Shown: piece after piece, positions 19,947 through 30,652 of the stretch
Layout of the letters: every line of letters begins with the position of its first letter
Numbering within the stretch: the first letter of the stretch is position 1
NCBI GenBank assembly: GCA_009859145.1
Contig: VRVR01000008.1
Span: 71,494 to 135,493 of the forward strand
From: Andalucia godoyi And28
Taxonomy: Eukaryota > Protista > Jakobida
Direction of reading: 5' to 3'
Length of the DNA stretch: 64,000 nt
Notes under the pieces: model-generated
Database searches by the model: none
What the model was told of the DNA's origin: nothing
What the model saw: only the letters and a program-made list of their open reading frames with translations
Program-made: the position numbers and the translations under genes

Positions 19947-21707
19947 CTATTCGGACGGGAGCTCTGGGAGCAACACGGAGGGTATAGGAATGAGCTGCAT
20001 GAGCGTGCACAGGACGATTCCGTTTTGCGAGTGTCTGATGAAGGTGATCGCGTTGAGGTATTCTACGCGTTGGTGGTCGCGACGTTTGACATGGCATCGA
20101 AGAGACAGTGTTTGCATGCCGCGGTTCATATGCGCACTCATGAGCTGCTGGATGCCGTCGTTCATAACACCTTCGTCCGAGTTGACCTTGACGTCGAACA
20201 GGTCAATCACTTCGAAACTACCACTCTCGAGATCGGAACGGGGGAAAGGAAGCAAATCCACAAGGACACTGTTTACACGGCTCAGACAGCCCTTGTGATC
20301 CACGATAAAGGCCGGAAACAATGTTGAATCCATAATCCGGTGTGCCTTCTCAAGGCTGTGAGCAGCCGTCGGATCCACAACCGCAATGTTTTTCAGAAAA
20401 TCGGGCCCAAGCTGCGCTGCCATCATGAGCTCATCACGCAGTTTTGTAAAGAGAAACGGCCGATGCTGCAGGATAAGCTGCAGAGCGTCGGGCCGCACGT
20501 TGTGAAGATTTTTAGACAACAAACGAAACAAAGGAAATTTCTCAAGCAAATCGTCCGGGGTGTCGCGCAACAATAGATGGAAGAGTTGCATCGTCGACAG
20601 CGATGCAGCTGTTTGCGAACTGATAACGGTACCCGTTGATGCACCGGAAGTCGGCAATGCACCACTGGATAAAGACGAAGATGCGGAGGCAGACATGGAA
20701 GACGAAGACGAAGATGACAATCCTGGAAATGCATGGTCAGTACTGCTGGAGCCAAATGCTGGAGTAAACGACGCAAGGTCAAAGAGCCAAGACTCATTGG
20801 CGTGTGACGATGGAGAATGGGGTGAAGCGAATGTTGCAAACTGCCCAGAGTCCAACTGGCTGAGGAAACTCATCAGATCGGATGGAAGATCGCCAGCACC
20901 AACCGAAGGAACCAGGGATTGGAGTGGGTTGGTGTTAGCGATCGCATCAAACTGGATGCCATGCCCATTCCCGTCGCTGGATCCAAACGATTGGTTGCCA
21001 ACACTCAATGATTTCGCCGTTTCTGACGCTGACAATGTTGATAGCGACGATGATGACGACGAAGATGAAGAAGACGAAGAAGACGAAGAAGATAAAGCAG
21101 ATGGAGACAATGCACTCGCAATAGGCATAGAAATTGTAGCTTCCTTCGAAAATGCATTTCCAACAAACGACGTATCCGAGCTTGAATTGGACCGCGATCG
21201 ATATTCATGAGACTGCGGTGCTGGCGACGACGACGACATAAAGTCATTTGATGCAGAGGAGTATGGCGATGCATAACTGTGGCTTGGCGAAATCGTCTGA
21301 AGGCGCCGCGTGGCGACCAAGTTTTGAGCATTGAGCAGCTTTGGAATGGGTACATTGACGCTCTCTGGACCAATTCGGCGTTGCTTCTTTTTCCGTGGGA
21401 GATACGAACAAAGATCTCCAATTCCTCGCTCAATACACCGCCCACACGGTTCTTGTCCATCACAGGACCTCTTAATCTCTCGGCAACAAATACACGCCTT
21501 CGGCACACGCTTGGTGCGCGAATTGTCCGCCGACACATCGTTTGGATTCACAGAATTCCCTCGGTCTTCTTCTTCTTCAACCTCGTGGTCTCCTCTTCCT
21601 CCACCACCACCCCCAGCTTCTTGAACAGACGAAACAAATATCGTTACTTCTGGATGTGGTCTCTTCTTTGATGCAACTTCAGCTATGGAAGTCGACTGTT
21701 TTTGCAT
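19947..21707 (-). CDS. Zn2Cys6 + PAS-like transcription factor, array member 2
   Basis: CICCREIKRSCDGQEPCGRCIERGIGDLCSYLPRKKK; C-terminal FPAFIVDHKG..RVNSVL...VKRRDHQRVEYLNAITFIR; likely ATG at 21707. Confidence 0.9.
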   Translation of the reverse strand: MQKQSTSIAEVASKKRPHPEVTIFVSSVQEAGGGGGGRGDHEVEEEEDRGNSVNPNDVSADNSRTKRVPKACICCREIKRSCDGQEPCGRCIERGIGDLCSYLPRKKKQRRIGPESVNVPIPKLLNAQNLVATRRLQTISPSHSYASPYSSASNDFMSSSSPAPQSHEYRSRSNSSSDTSFVGNAFSKEATISMPIASALSPSALSSSSSSSSSSSSSSSSLSTLSASETAKSLSVGNQSFGSSDGNGHGIQFDAIANTNPLQSLVPSVGAGDLPSDLMSFLSQLDSGQFATFASPHSPSSHANESWLFDLASFTPAFGSSSTDHAFPGLSSSSSSSMSASASSSLSSGALPTSGASTGTVISSQTAASLSTMQLFHLLLRDTPDDLLEKFPLFRLLSKNLHNVRPDALQLILQHRPFLFTKLRDELMMAAQLGPDFLKNIAVVDPTAAHSLEKAHRIMDSTLFPAFIVDHKGCLSRVNSVLVDLLPFPRSDLESGSFEVIDLFDVKVNSDEGVMNDGIQQLMSAHMNRGMQTLSLRCHVKRRDHQRVEYLNAITFIRHSQNGIVLCTLMQLIPIPSVLLPELPSE

Positions 21708-21973
21708 TATTTCAAAACAACTAAAATTAACATAAGAAAGCAGCACAAGAAGCAGCTCGATGATAATTAGCAACAACCACAACCAAAACAACAGCAGGAA
21801 CAGGAACAGGAACAGGAACAATAATAAATAATGATATGATAATAAACGATACTTCAGTAACAAATATAATCGAAAGAGAACAAAATAGTACTTTGGAAGA
21901 AGAAGAAGAAAACCATTGCTACTCGTTGGAATAATCGGATTGCGGCACTTTGAAGGATGAAAGAAAAAGTCCG

Positions 21974-22258
21974 ATGCGGAAGTATACATAAGCAGAGACG
22001 GTCGTGCTTATGCACGCTCGGCCAAAATTCAGCCGGTGACACAGGCTCCGCATTTTCGACACTCTTTAACGCAGCATCCGTAGCCATCTATCATTCTATC
22101 ATTCGTTGGTTTCACTTTTTGCAACGTCTGTTCCATAAGGCGACCGAGTATCGCGAGCGCCATGTTACCAGGGGCCTATCCGCTTCCCGGCAACAGGATG
22201 CAAGACTGAATATGCATGTCTATTCGTAGATATGCATACTCAGTGTATAATGTAGGCG
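21974..22258 (+). mobile_element. Fanzor2/TnpB-like relic B, internally deleted, with omegaRNA-like right end
   Basis: WFHFLQRLFHKATEYRERHV joins directly to GGGGCCTATCCGCTTCCCGGCAAC...TGTAGGCG. Near-identical to blocks in 62238-62715 but lacks the zinc-ribbon/RuvC-III segment. Confidence 0.8.
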
Positions 22259-22616
22259 CACTTGGGTGCGATTCCCGATTACAAAAACAGGGCGCTCCTC
22301 GGTGTTACGCCAGCGCGTCAATAGCTTGCAATATCGTCACAGTTCGCACTGCAAACAAGACAAGACGAGCTGCTTACTTATTAGATGATTCGCGGACGCC
22401 AGTATAAGAGAAGGGGAAGAAAAAACAAAGGAAAAAGGAAAAAGGAAGAAGAAGAAAGCGAAACATGAAATTATGTACGTTTATGCGTCTCTGCCCGATG
22501 GAAAGTAAAATAATAATGAAAAAAGAATGAAATGAGCATAATAAAATAACAGTCGATCTAGATTAGCAGCAGCACTAGTGCTATGAGACGAGGTGGGAGT
22601 GCAATGCTACGTTCCG

Positions 22617-24884
22617 CTATCGTGTGATTGGATAAAGCTGAAGAGATGCACCAATCATGCGGAGTGTCGATGGGTTTCTCAAAACAACAAGAGACGCAAC
22701 ACATTCCTCGGACGATCCGGAAGGAGAATGCTTCAGCGAACAGCGGAAATGAACGCGCCCGTTATGTTCCAGATCGACCGCACACTGCATGGCCTGCGCG
22801 ATCCGCGCAGAAGAAGAAGAAGTAGTAGTAGTAGTAGTAGAAGAACTGGTAGAAGAAGAAGAACTCGGTTGCAAATGCGAGCTTGTTGAGAATGGCATTC
22901 CAAAGTAACCAGCAGTCAGCGTAGCCGCAATGCACACAGTCGGCAGTGCAAACTCTAGAATGTCAAAGAGATTGGCATCGACAAGAAAAAGATTATCGCT
23001 TCCAATACTTCCAATCTGCGATTTGCCGTCATAATTCACATACTGCGCACCCAGGCGATTCACCATGTGAACGGTGCAGTTGGGACTCATCCAAAAAGAC
23101 GGCGTCTGGACAGAGATGTTTGGGTCCGCCATAACAGATGCTCCCAGAAACGCACGATCCTCTATCTGCATATTGTTCACAAAATGCGAGTTCGACGCAT
23201 CCGTCCCTTCGAGTGAGGATGCTGCTGCGAGAACCATTCGCAACGAAAACAATACTTGCACTACTTCCAGCGACAAGCTTGCCATCCACGATGTGTCGGA
23301 CGCCGCTTTCTGCAGTGCCTTGTACAGTCCCGTGGAAGCAAATAATACAGAATGCGGCGTTTCGACTAAATCCTTCAGATACGCATTCATCGAAGGGCCG
23401 TTCAGGTTATAATTCAAGGAATGATTGCCGCTGATGCTCAGCCCTGGCTCTGCCGCAGCTCTGCTGTTGCTCGTACTATTGTTCGTACTATTGTTCGTAC
23501 TCGAGCTGCTGCTCGACGACTTGGAAACACCAGAAGTCGGTGAAATGGAAGATGCTGAATTGGAGATATACGACGTCGTTGTCAAGGACAGTCCGTTTTT
23601 GCCAGAATCATGGTCAGCACTGCGGTTGGAATGCGCATAGTCGCTATAATCGTGGAAGGTGTACTTGCTGACGCTCTTGTGATCCAGCGAGAGAAATGGA
23701 GAAGAACTGGCCATGTGGTCCGAATTAGAGTTGGCGGAACCACCACTCCCTATCCGCGAGCCACTGGCAATGCTTCCTGCTACACAGGACTCCGCATTCT
23801 GAAGAGGAAGTGGATGAGAGTGTGTATGTCTATTGTTGGAAGCCACAAAGGTGGAGGCCAAGGAGGATGCGGAGTTGGCAGATGATGATGCACTCGCGGG
23901 TCCATGATGATGGTGAGCGGTCGCCAATCCACTGCTCCCAGCACAAGCCGATGTAGACGGTGTGTTTGAGCCGGCGGTAGAAAGAAACGCATCTCCAATG
24001 GGCAATGAGGGAACCGGTACCGATGGCTTTCGAGTCGATTTCTGCGAGTGTTTCTTTCTTGGAACGTATCGACACTCATCTGGAATCCCGCGTTCGACGC
24101 ATCTGGAGCACGGGGTCTTTCCATCGCAGGCGCGCTTAATCTCACGGCAGCATACACAAGCAGCTGGGATTCTGACTGCCTTTTGATTGGCATCGGCACT
24201 GCTCTTTCGGCTCCCTCCTGGTCCTCCGAGAGACGCCGCCAAACACCCATGGATGACGGAATTGTTGTTGTTCACGTCAAAGAAATCTTCTTCCGAGGAA
24301 CATGGACTCGTCACATCCTGGATGTCCATGGGTGAATGCACGGAGCCCAACGCAACTTTTGAAGTAGCATGTCCGTTTGAAAACTCCTCCTTAGCGAAAC
24401 TCTCAGATCGATCGTGAGTGCCAACAACACCGTTTCTGAAACCAAGTTGGAGCACGGACGCATCCAGTACGGGGCCCTTGGGAATGTCAATTGCTGGTGC
24501 AAACGCGGGGGGAAACAGCATGCCATACTGCGACTGCAGAGCGGTCCATGGATCGGAGTGACTGGCAATTTCCAGATCGCCGTGCAGCCTCGACGGGTCG
24601 GAATTGCTGCCCCCTGGACCAAATGAATCGCCGTTCTGCTGGGCTACCGATTGCGGGAAAGAGCTGCCACTCAAGAACTGCTGTGGATTGAAGAACGGAG
24701 GCGGCTGAAAGTTGAACGCCGGCTGCACGGTACCGTTCGCCGCAAGAAACGCGCTCAATGTCTCGAAACTCAAAATTGGTGGAGGAGGCGGGGGCACAGC
24801 ATTTGCAGTTGAAAGACCCTGTGATCCACTGATGTGGTCTAGCCCAGACTGCACAGGATTCTGGAGGGTTGTCCAAGGATCCAT
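22617..24884 (-). CDS. Zn2Cys6 + divergent PAS-like transcription factor, array member 3
   Basis: CVCCREIKRACDGKTPCSRCVERGIPDECRYVPRKKH; C-terminal PSFWMSPNCTVHMVN...LFDILE...FRCSLK...CVASLVVLR; likely ATG at 24884. Confidence 0.88.
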   Translation of the reverse strand: MDPWTTLQNPVQSGLDHISGSQGLSTANAVPPPPPPILSFETLSAFLAANGTVQPAFNFQPPPFFNPQQFLSGSSFPQSVAQQNGDSFGPGGSNSDPSRLHGDLEIASHSDPWTALQSQYGMLFPPAFAPAIDIPKGPVLDASVLQLGFRNGVVGTHDRSESFAKEEFSNGHATSKVALGSVHSPMDIQDVTSPCSSEEDFFDVNNNNSVIHGCLAASLGGPGGSRKSSADANQKAVRIPAACVCCREIKRACDGKTPCSRCVERGIPDECRYVPRKKHSQKSTRKPSVPVPSLPIGDAFLSTAGSNTPSTSACAGSSGLATAHHHHGPASASSSANSASSLASTFVASNNRHTHSHPLPLQNAESCVAGSIASGSRIGSGGSANSNSDHMASSSPFLSLDHKSVSKYTFHDYSDYAHSNRSADHDSGKNGLSLTTTSYISNSASSISPTSGVSKSSSSSSSTNNSTNNSTSNSRAAAEPGLSISGNHSLNYNLNGPSMNAYLKDLVETPHSVLFASTGLYKALQKAASDTSWMASLSLEVVQVLFSLRMVLAAASSLEGTDASNSHFVNNMQIEDRAFLGASVMADPNISVQTPSFWMSPNCTVHMVNRLGAQYVNYDGKSQIGSIGSDNLFLVDANLFDILEFALPTVCIAATLTAGYFGMPFSTSSHLQPSSSSSTSSSTTTTTTSSSSARIAQAMQCAVDLEHNGRVHFRCSLKHSPSGSSEECVASLVVLRNPSTLRMIGASLQLYPITR

Positions 24885-25060
24885 CGCTGATCTGATGTGA
24901 CAGCAGCCGGAAATCAGAAAAAGGACACAAGAGCCACCAGATGAACCACAGGTCGACAAAACGGGCGGGGGGAGGAAAGCCAAAAGGGTCCAAGTGTGCA
25001 GATCGGTTCTGAGCAAGCACAAACAAAATGAACTCACAATCGCTGGAAATTGATACTCGG

Positions 25061-25108
25061 TCTCTCTGTCTCTCTGTCTCTCTGTCTCTCTGTCTCTCTG
25101 TCTCTCTG
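25061..25108. repeat. (TCTCTCTG)6 microsatellite upstream of array member 3
   Basis: Six perfect 8-nt units read directly. Confidence 0.9.
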
Positions 25109-25589
25109 ATTAGCAGTGGCGGCAGCAGTAGTGGCAAAAGAAAAAAAGAAGAAGAGACAGGAAGAAGAAGAAGAAGAAGAAGAAGAGAGAGAGGAAGATA
25201 GATGTATCCAGGATGAAGCAACAAAATTGGAGGAAGACAGCCAGTGAACGGGAGATGTGACAGCACGGAAATCCTAGCGGCAAAAACAATTAAAAGAGGG
25301 AGTCGATGCAGCCTGGGAGGAAAGGGGGAAAAGAGGGAGTCCACAATCAACAACGGAATCGAAAGCAGGTTCCCTGAAGGCGAGGAGAGTGCAATCAGCA
25401 ATGGTTCCCTCCTTCGAGATGAACGGGAAGAGTCCGATACAGTCACAGACGACCAGCAAGCGAGCACGGTTCCGCAGTTTCCATTACCTCGCAGGCTGTC
25501 AACAGCATACAGAGAGCTCATGCATGTCTATCATTTTTGATCCCGACAGCAAGCATCGTCGAATTCGACTGCAATTAACGTTTGCTGCG

Positions 25590-26130
25590 GCGGTCTGTAC
25601 ACTTTGGACACTCGATTGCGAGCACTACAGATTCGTCGTCGATGCAAGACGCGTCAGGTTTCCCCCCAAGCGCCAATTGGCTGCATCCTCCAGACACTTA
25701 GACGTTCTGCTGCTCCAGAAGCTGTCGTCCTTTTGAGAAGGGGAGACGTTGCTGGGCCACGACATCCCTGGTACTACACGCACAAGCAAAAAACCACGTC
25801 TCGCTTGCCAAACGTTCCCCAACATGTTATCCACTCTTTTGCCTGCTTTACCCCACTCACCTCACCCAGAAATTATCGAAAACTGGCCCACTGACCAATG
25901 TGAGCGGTACGATTGTGTCCTGTTGCGACATCTGGAATGGTGTTGAAAAAGAAGGACGACGAATTAACGACAAGACTGCTCGTCGGGGTGCTGCTTGTGG
26001 TCGCTTCCAACTCCGACAAAGGCTGCTGCACAATGCGACAGAATACGCGGGCCGCGAGACCCACTTTGTGACCGAGGAGCACACCTCCAAGAAGACATGT
26101 GGACTTTGGGGCATCATTCATGCGCGGCAA
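25590..26130 (+). pseudogene. Fanzor2/TnpB-like relic C (frameshifted coding remnant, no right end)
   Basis: Stitched frames give YRKLAH..CERYDCVLL..TSGMV..EGRRINDKTARRGAACGRFQLRQRLLHNATEYAGRETHFVTEEHTSKKTCGLWG. The segment 25870-26130 is clear; the left boundary is tentative. Confidence 0.75.
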
Positions 26131-26439
26131 GACGGAATCAAGGTTTTATTTATTTATTTATTTGTTTTTGGGTTTTGTTTTGTCATTTTGCGAATCAGCA
26201 GCAGCATCGCCACGATGCAAAAAGCGCCCTTTGCCCCTTTTTTTGTGTTGCTTCCTCTTCCCCAGCGATGGAGGCCAGATTCCAAAACAGATTGGATTCC
26301 AGACAATGGAATAAAATACTTCAATATCATTACTTTTTTTTAAAAAATTTAATAGATAGAATAATACTAAATAAAGAATTAAAAAATCGCATCGTGTGCT
26401 TGTCTCCACGGTTCCGTCGTTTGGTTCGCGACCACGCAG

Positions 26440-28026
26440 TTACATCATTAGATCAAACGATTGTGCGGAGGCCGCAAACTCCAGGGCCGATCCGGCATTC
26501 GGCAGAGCATGGACAACCATAAATAAGACGCGGTGCGAGCTGTGCCGCAGAAACGACACTCCTGCAGTGTATTCAACGCGTTGTTTGTCGCGCCTGCGGA
26601 AACTCAGCGGGCAGGATATTGCATCCAGTTTTGGATTTTCGTGGGCGTCCAGGAACATGCTGATGCGTTCAGTCCAGTTCGACAACGGATCCACGAGGTC
26701 AAAGACATCAAAGTCTTCTCGCTCGATTTCTTCTCTTGAAAAGTCGATGACGTTCAGCAGTGGCGAGTTGAATGCGTACAATCTGGAGCCGGCGATGATG
26801 AACGCTGGGAACCGGAATGTCTGCACTGACAAACGAGCAGCTTCTAATTGTTCTCCCAGAACCGGATCCGACTTTGCAAGCAACAGGGCATCCGAGTATG
26901 TTGGGACGAACGCCCGCGCCTCTGCATCGACCTTTAGGAATCGCGATGCATGCTTTAGAATGATCTGGAGAGACTCGAGGGGAATCCGGTCTTGATTGCG
27001 AATCATAAATCGGTACAACTGTGACTCACGAAGCTTTGCATCCGGCGTCTCTCGCAGCTGCTTCAAGACGGCCTCTCGAGTTGGGTCGTTCACATCCCGG
27101 AAGACAGGGCTCGAGAAAAAAGAAATCGGCGGAAATCCAAACATATCACTCAGTTGATGCAGACTGTCGACAATGCTCAGGTCGTCCGCACACAGCGGAA
27201 ATGGTGGTAATGTGGATGACAGCACGTTGGGGGCGTTCGTTCCAGAACAAGGTCCCACAGACAGCGAATTTCGGGGGAGGGGTGATTCGCTTGCAAGCCG
27301 CGGAGTCTTTGAGGCCGGTTCGTCGTGCATTTCGAGACCATCCGAGACAGGCGACTGATGCGTTGCTTTCCGAGTGTACGCATACACAAAACTGCTATCC
27401 GGATCCGAGGAGTGCTGCTTTCCATGTTCGTCGCATGTTTCCTCCAAGACGCCCTCGCCTACTGCATTTACACTTCTTCTTCTTGTTCCCCCTCTGCCCA
27501 TTTCTCTTTCCAGCTCCTTTTCCTTCTTCTTGAGACGCGGCCTTCGAGGCACATACGTGCATTCATGTTCAATGCCTCGCTGAACGCACCGGCTGCACGA
27601 AGGCATTGCGGCATCGCAGGCGCGTTTAACAGCTCTGCACTGCAAGCAAGCACGTGGCGCACGACTTTGCTCTACAATTCGAATAAACCCAATAATACGA
27701 TGGTCCTGTGTTTGAGATTCGCTGTCGTTTTCTAACGACAGCTGTGAAAAGGAAGCTGGATTGGCGACCATTTGCGACACTGCGCTTGTCGGTCGACCTC
27801 CCAAGGACGGCTCCGAGGACTTTGCGCTCGCTGTTGTTGTTGTAGCTATCGCTGTCGAAGGTGGTGGTAGTTGCGGTGGATTTGGTAGCAGTAATAGTGG
27901 TGACGATGTTGACGAGGATGACGGTGGTGACGATGGACCCGCTTCATGCAGCGATTGGGCATCCATCGCGAAGGGTGCATCATCGGGCAGCGCGGAGCCT
28001 ACAGAAGAACCCAAATGGTTGTCCAT
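26440..28026 (-). CDS. Zn2Cys6 + PAS-like transcription factor, array member 4
   Basis: CLQCRAVKRACDAAMPSCSRCVQRGIEHECTYVPRRPR; C-terminal FPAFIIAGSRLYAFNSPLL...FRRRDKQRVEYTAGVSFLR; ATG at 28026 or 28125. Confidence 0.9.
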   Translation of the reverse strand: MDNHLGSSVGSALPDDAPFAMDAQSLHEAGPSSPPSSSSTSSPLLLLPNPPQLPPPSTAIATTTTASAKSSEPSLGGRPTSAVSQMVANPASFSQLSLENDSESQTQDHRIIGFIRIVEQSRAPRACLQCRAVKRACDAAMPSCSRCVQRGIEHECTYVPRRPRLKKKEKELEREMGRGGTRRRSVNAVGEGVLEETCDEHGKQHSSDPDSSFVYAYTRKATHQSPVSDGLEMHDEPASKTPRLASESPLPRNSLSVGPCSGTNAPNVLSSTLPPFPLCADDLSIVDSLHQLSDMFGFPPISFFSSPVFRDVNDPTREAVLKQLRETPDAKLRESQLYRFMIRNQDRIPLESLQIILKHASRFLKVDAEARAFVPTYSDALLLAKSDPVLGEQLEAARLSVQTFRFPAFIIAGSRLYAFNSPLLNVIDFSREEIEREDFDVFDLVDPLSNWTERISMFLDAHENPKLDAISCPLSFRRRDKQRVEYTAGVSFLRHSSHRVLFMVVHALPNAGSALEFAASAQSFDLMM

Positions 28027-28449
28027 TGACTTTCCAAATATTCGGCAAATCTTTAGGAGATAACACAAGATAAGGCGACGCACTTGTATGAAGAGGTGTC
28101 TTTTCTTAGCTGGAGGAGTTTTCATGTATTTATCCTCCACGTCAAAAGATCAACATCTGGATAATCCGGACAGAATCGCCGAACTGCTTTGTCGGAGTCG
28201 GGACATTTCCTCAACAGCCGATCAGCGACTAGACGAGCAGACTGTGCGTGTATGATGACTCCATGAGAGTATATATATATATGTATGTATGTATTTTTAC
28301 TATTTATTTTTGCGCTGAACAGTGAACAGAGTGCAGTCATGTCTTGAAAGCCTGCAAGGTAAGCCAGGATAGGGGAAAGACAAAACATAATGCAATGTGA
28401 TTGCTTTTTTATTGTTTTTAAACTAAAAACATAAATTAAAAAATCATTG

Positions 28450-30354
28450 CTAATCCTTTGGAAGGGGTGTGAGTTCAATGAGGGTGTAGAAGATGGAGCC
28501 AGATTCCGAGTGGCGGATGAACGACATCCCGGCAACGTACTGCACAATTTTGTGATCCTTCCTCTTCAGCACGACGGACGCGGAATAGGATTGTATTTTT
28601 GGATTTTCTTGTGCGTTCACGAAACGCCTCATCATCTTGGTTAGGGAACACGATGAAATATCGACGAGGTCCATGGGATCAAAAGACGGATTCTCGAGCT
28701 CTGCCCGCGAATAAATAGAATCCTCCACAAGCGAGGAATTGAACTTGTACAAGCCCCGTGCACGAGACAGAATGTACGTGGGAAACTTTCTACCGTCGAC
28801 GATCAATCGAGCAGATTCGAGAGCCTGGCGCATCAGCGAATCTGACGCGAGAATAACGTCGATGCGAGACAAACTGGACAACACAAATTGTTCGTTTTCA
28901 ACAATCCGCTCCACAGTCTTCCGATTGGAGGTGAGGAAATCAAAGAAGTCTTGGTCCAAGCAGCCCCCCATTTTTTGCAGAAATCGATGGAGACCTGAAG
29001 AGCGAATCCTTTCCGTGGGTGCTACCAGGTATTCAACAACGGCAGGATGCGAGCACAACAACGGAGCAATCGGTGGGGATCCCGAAGAAGAGGTCGATTC
29101 CGAATGCGTAGAATCTGCCAATGACGATGACGACGACGACGACGACGACGACGCAGTCTCGCCGCCGGGATGCTTGTCTTCGGAAACGGGGGCTGTAGAA
29201 CGCTTGCTATGCGGATTCTCCGTCCCATCATTCTTTTCACTGGCTGTCGGTCCTTGTGACGACGCGCTTTGGATGCAAGTCTGCGTCGGATGCTGCGCTG
29301 GCTGGGGCGACTGCTGAAGCGCATGCGAGCTCGACGACCCGACATTGCAAGGCTCAAAATGCGACACCGAAAACCGAATATCAGGCGTCGGAATCGGAGA
29401 GTTGAAGAACGAATACGGTGGAGAATGGTCCACCAAAGAAACACCAAAAGGAAACATGGAATCGATTATTCCACTGGACGACGACGCCGATCGGGAAGGA
29501 CACCACGGTTTTGAGGACTCCGACTGCATCATCCCTTGCAGCGATCCGGCAGCATTACCCGAACCAAATGCTGCAGGAATTGCCGCTTGCGAAGCACTCT
29601 GACCGCCGTGGAGGCTCGAACACGGAATAATGGGAGAAGCAGGTGACGGCGGAATCGCGGTGGACCGGCTCCGCATCTCCATCTGCCGTCGGTTCTCATC
29701 AGCCCCTTCTACGCTACCATCTGATGCGGAATGGTCGTCGTCGCCCTCGTCGTCCTCCTCATTGTCATCGTCTTCGTCGTCCTCATCATCATTATTCTCT
29801 TCTTCTACTCCTCGTTGTCGTTCACCATGCGTCATACTCGATCGATTGCCGTTTGTTTTTCTCTGATTCGATGGATCAGAACCGTTTTGCTTCTTCTGTC
29901 TTCGTTCCTTCTTCTTCCTCGGAATATAGGAACAAGAATGGGCGCAGCCACGTTCCACGCATCTCGTGCACGGATATCCGCCATCGCAGGACCGCTTAAT
30001 CAGTCTGCAAGCAACGCACGCTTTTGACACGCGTCGCTGGCGTTTTGCAGCCTGCGATTGCGATTGCGACGGTACCTCAGAAGCTCGGTCTCTCTTCAGA
30101 TTCATCTCGGAAGACGGCGGCGCCTGATGCTGCCGTTGAACTTGCGGCTGCAGTCGCTCATGCTGCTGTTGCTGATGATGCGGATGAGGATGAGGATGAA
30201 GTCCTGAAGATGAAGCTTGGGATATAATTTCCGACTGAAACCGCAAGATTTCCTGGACTGTTTGTGGCGGGAACGCAGAGAAAATCGATGCATTGCTCGG
30301 ATGCATTCGAGGGAATAACGATGCGTCAACTTGGGGACTGTGGTTATGTTGCAT
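28450..30354 (-). CDS. Zn2Cys6 + PAS-like transcription factor, array member 5
   Basis: CVACRLIKRSCDGGYPCTRCVERGCAHSCSYIPRKKK; C-terminal FPTYILSRARGLYKFNSSL..YSRAEL...LKRKDHKIVQYVAGMSFIR. Confidence 0.9.
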   Translation of the reverse strand: MQHNHSPQVDASLFPRMHPSNASIFSAFPPQTVQEILRFQSEIISQASSSGLHPHPHPHHQQQQHERLQPQVQRQHQAPPSSEMNLKRDRASEVPSQSQSQAAKRQRRVSKACVACRLIKRSCDGGYPCTRCVERGCAHSCSYIPRKKKERRQKKQNGSDPSNQRKTNGNRSSMTHGERQRGVEEENNDDEDDEDDDNEEDDEGDDDHSASDGSVEGADENRRQMEMRSRSTAIPPSPASPIIPCSSLHGGQSASQAAIPAAFGSGNAAGSLQGMMQSESSKPWCPSRSASSSSGIIDSMFPFGVSLVDHSPPYSFFNSPIPTPDIRFSVSHFEPCNVGSSSSHALQQSPQPAQHPTQTCIQSASSQGPTASEKNDGTENPHSKRSTAPVSEDKHPGGETASSSSSSSSSSLADSTHSESTSSSGSPPIAPLLCSHPAVVEYLVAPTERIRSSGLHRFLQKMGGCLDQDFFDFLTSNRKTVERIVENEQFVLSSLSRIDVILASDSLMRQALESARLIVDGRKFPTYILSRARGLYKFNSSLVEDSIYSRAELENPSFDPMDLVDISSCSLTKMMRRFVNAQENPKIQSYSASVVLKRKDHKIVQYVAGMSFIRHSESGSIFYTLIELTPLPKD

Positions 30355-30652
30355 TTATGAACAGCATGTGAAAGAGACGCTGGGGAATGGATAAACAAGC
30401 AGTAAGAAAAGGGACTAGAACATGGACGAAGCGTGCGCGAAGCAAAATAAAAATAAACACACACACGCACACACACATACACATACACAGAGAAACAAGC
30501 AAATCAACATGACAAGACGGAAAAGAGGGAAATGATTCGCAATCTTCGTTTCTCCAATCGGGAAAACAGAAATTTTCGGGAGAAATTGCCGCGTTTACAG
30601 AAGATATGGAGTAGGGTCATGTTTTACGACTTTCTTGAAAACCTTTCGCGAA

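Noticed and set aside
28051-28083. 33-nt in-frame GT..AG segment at the 5' end of array member 4
   Set aside because: Cannot be told from coding or UTR sequence without transcripts; acceptor is AAG.
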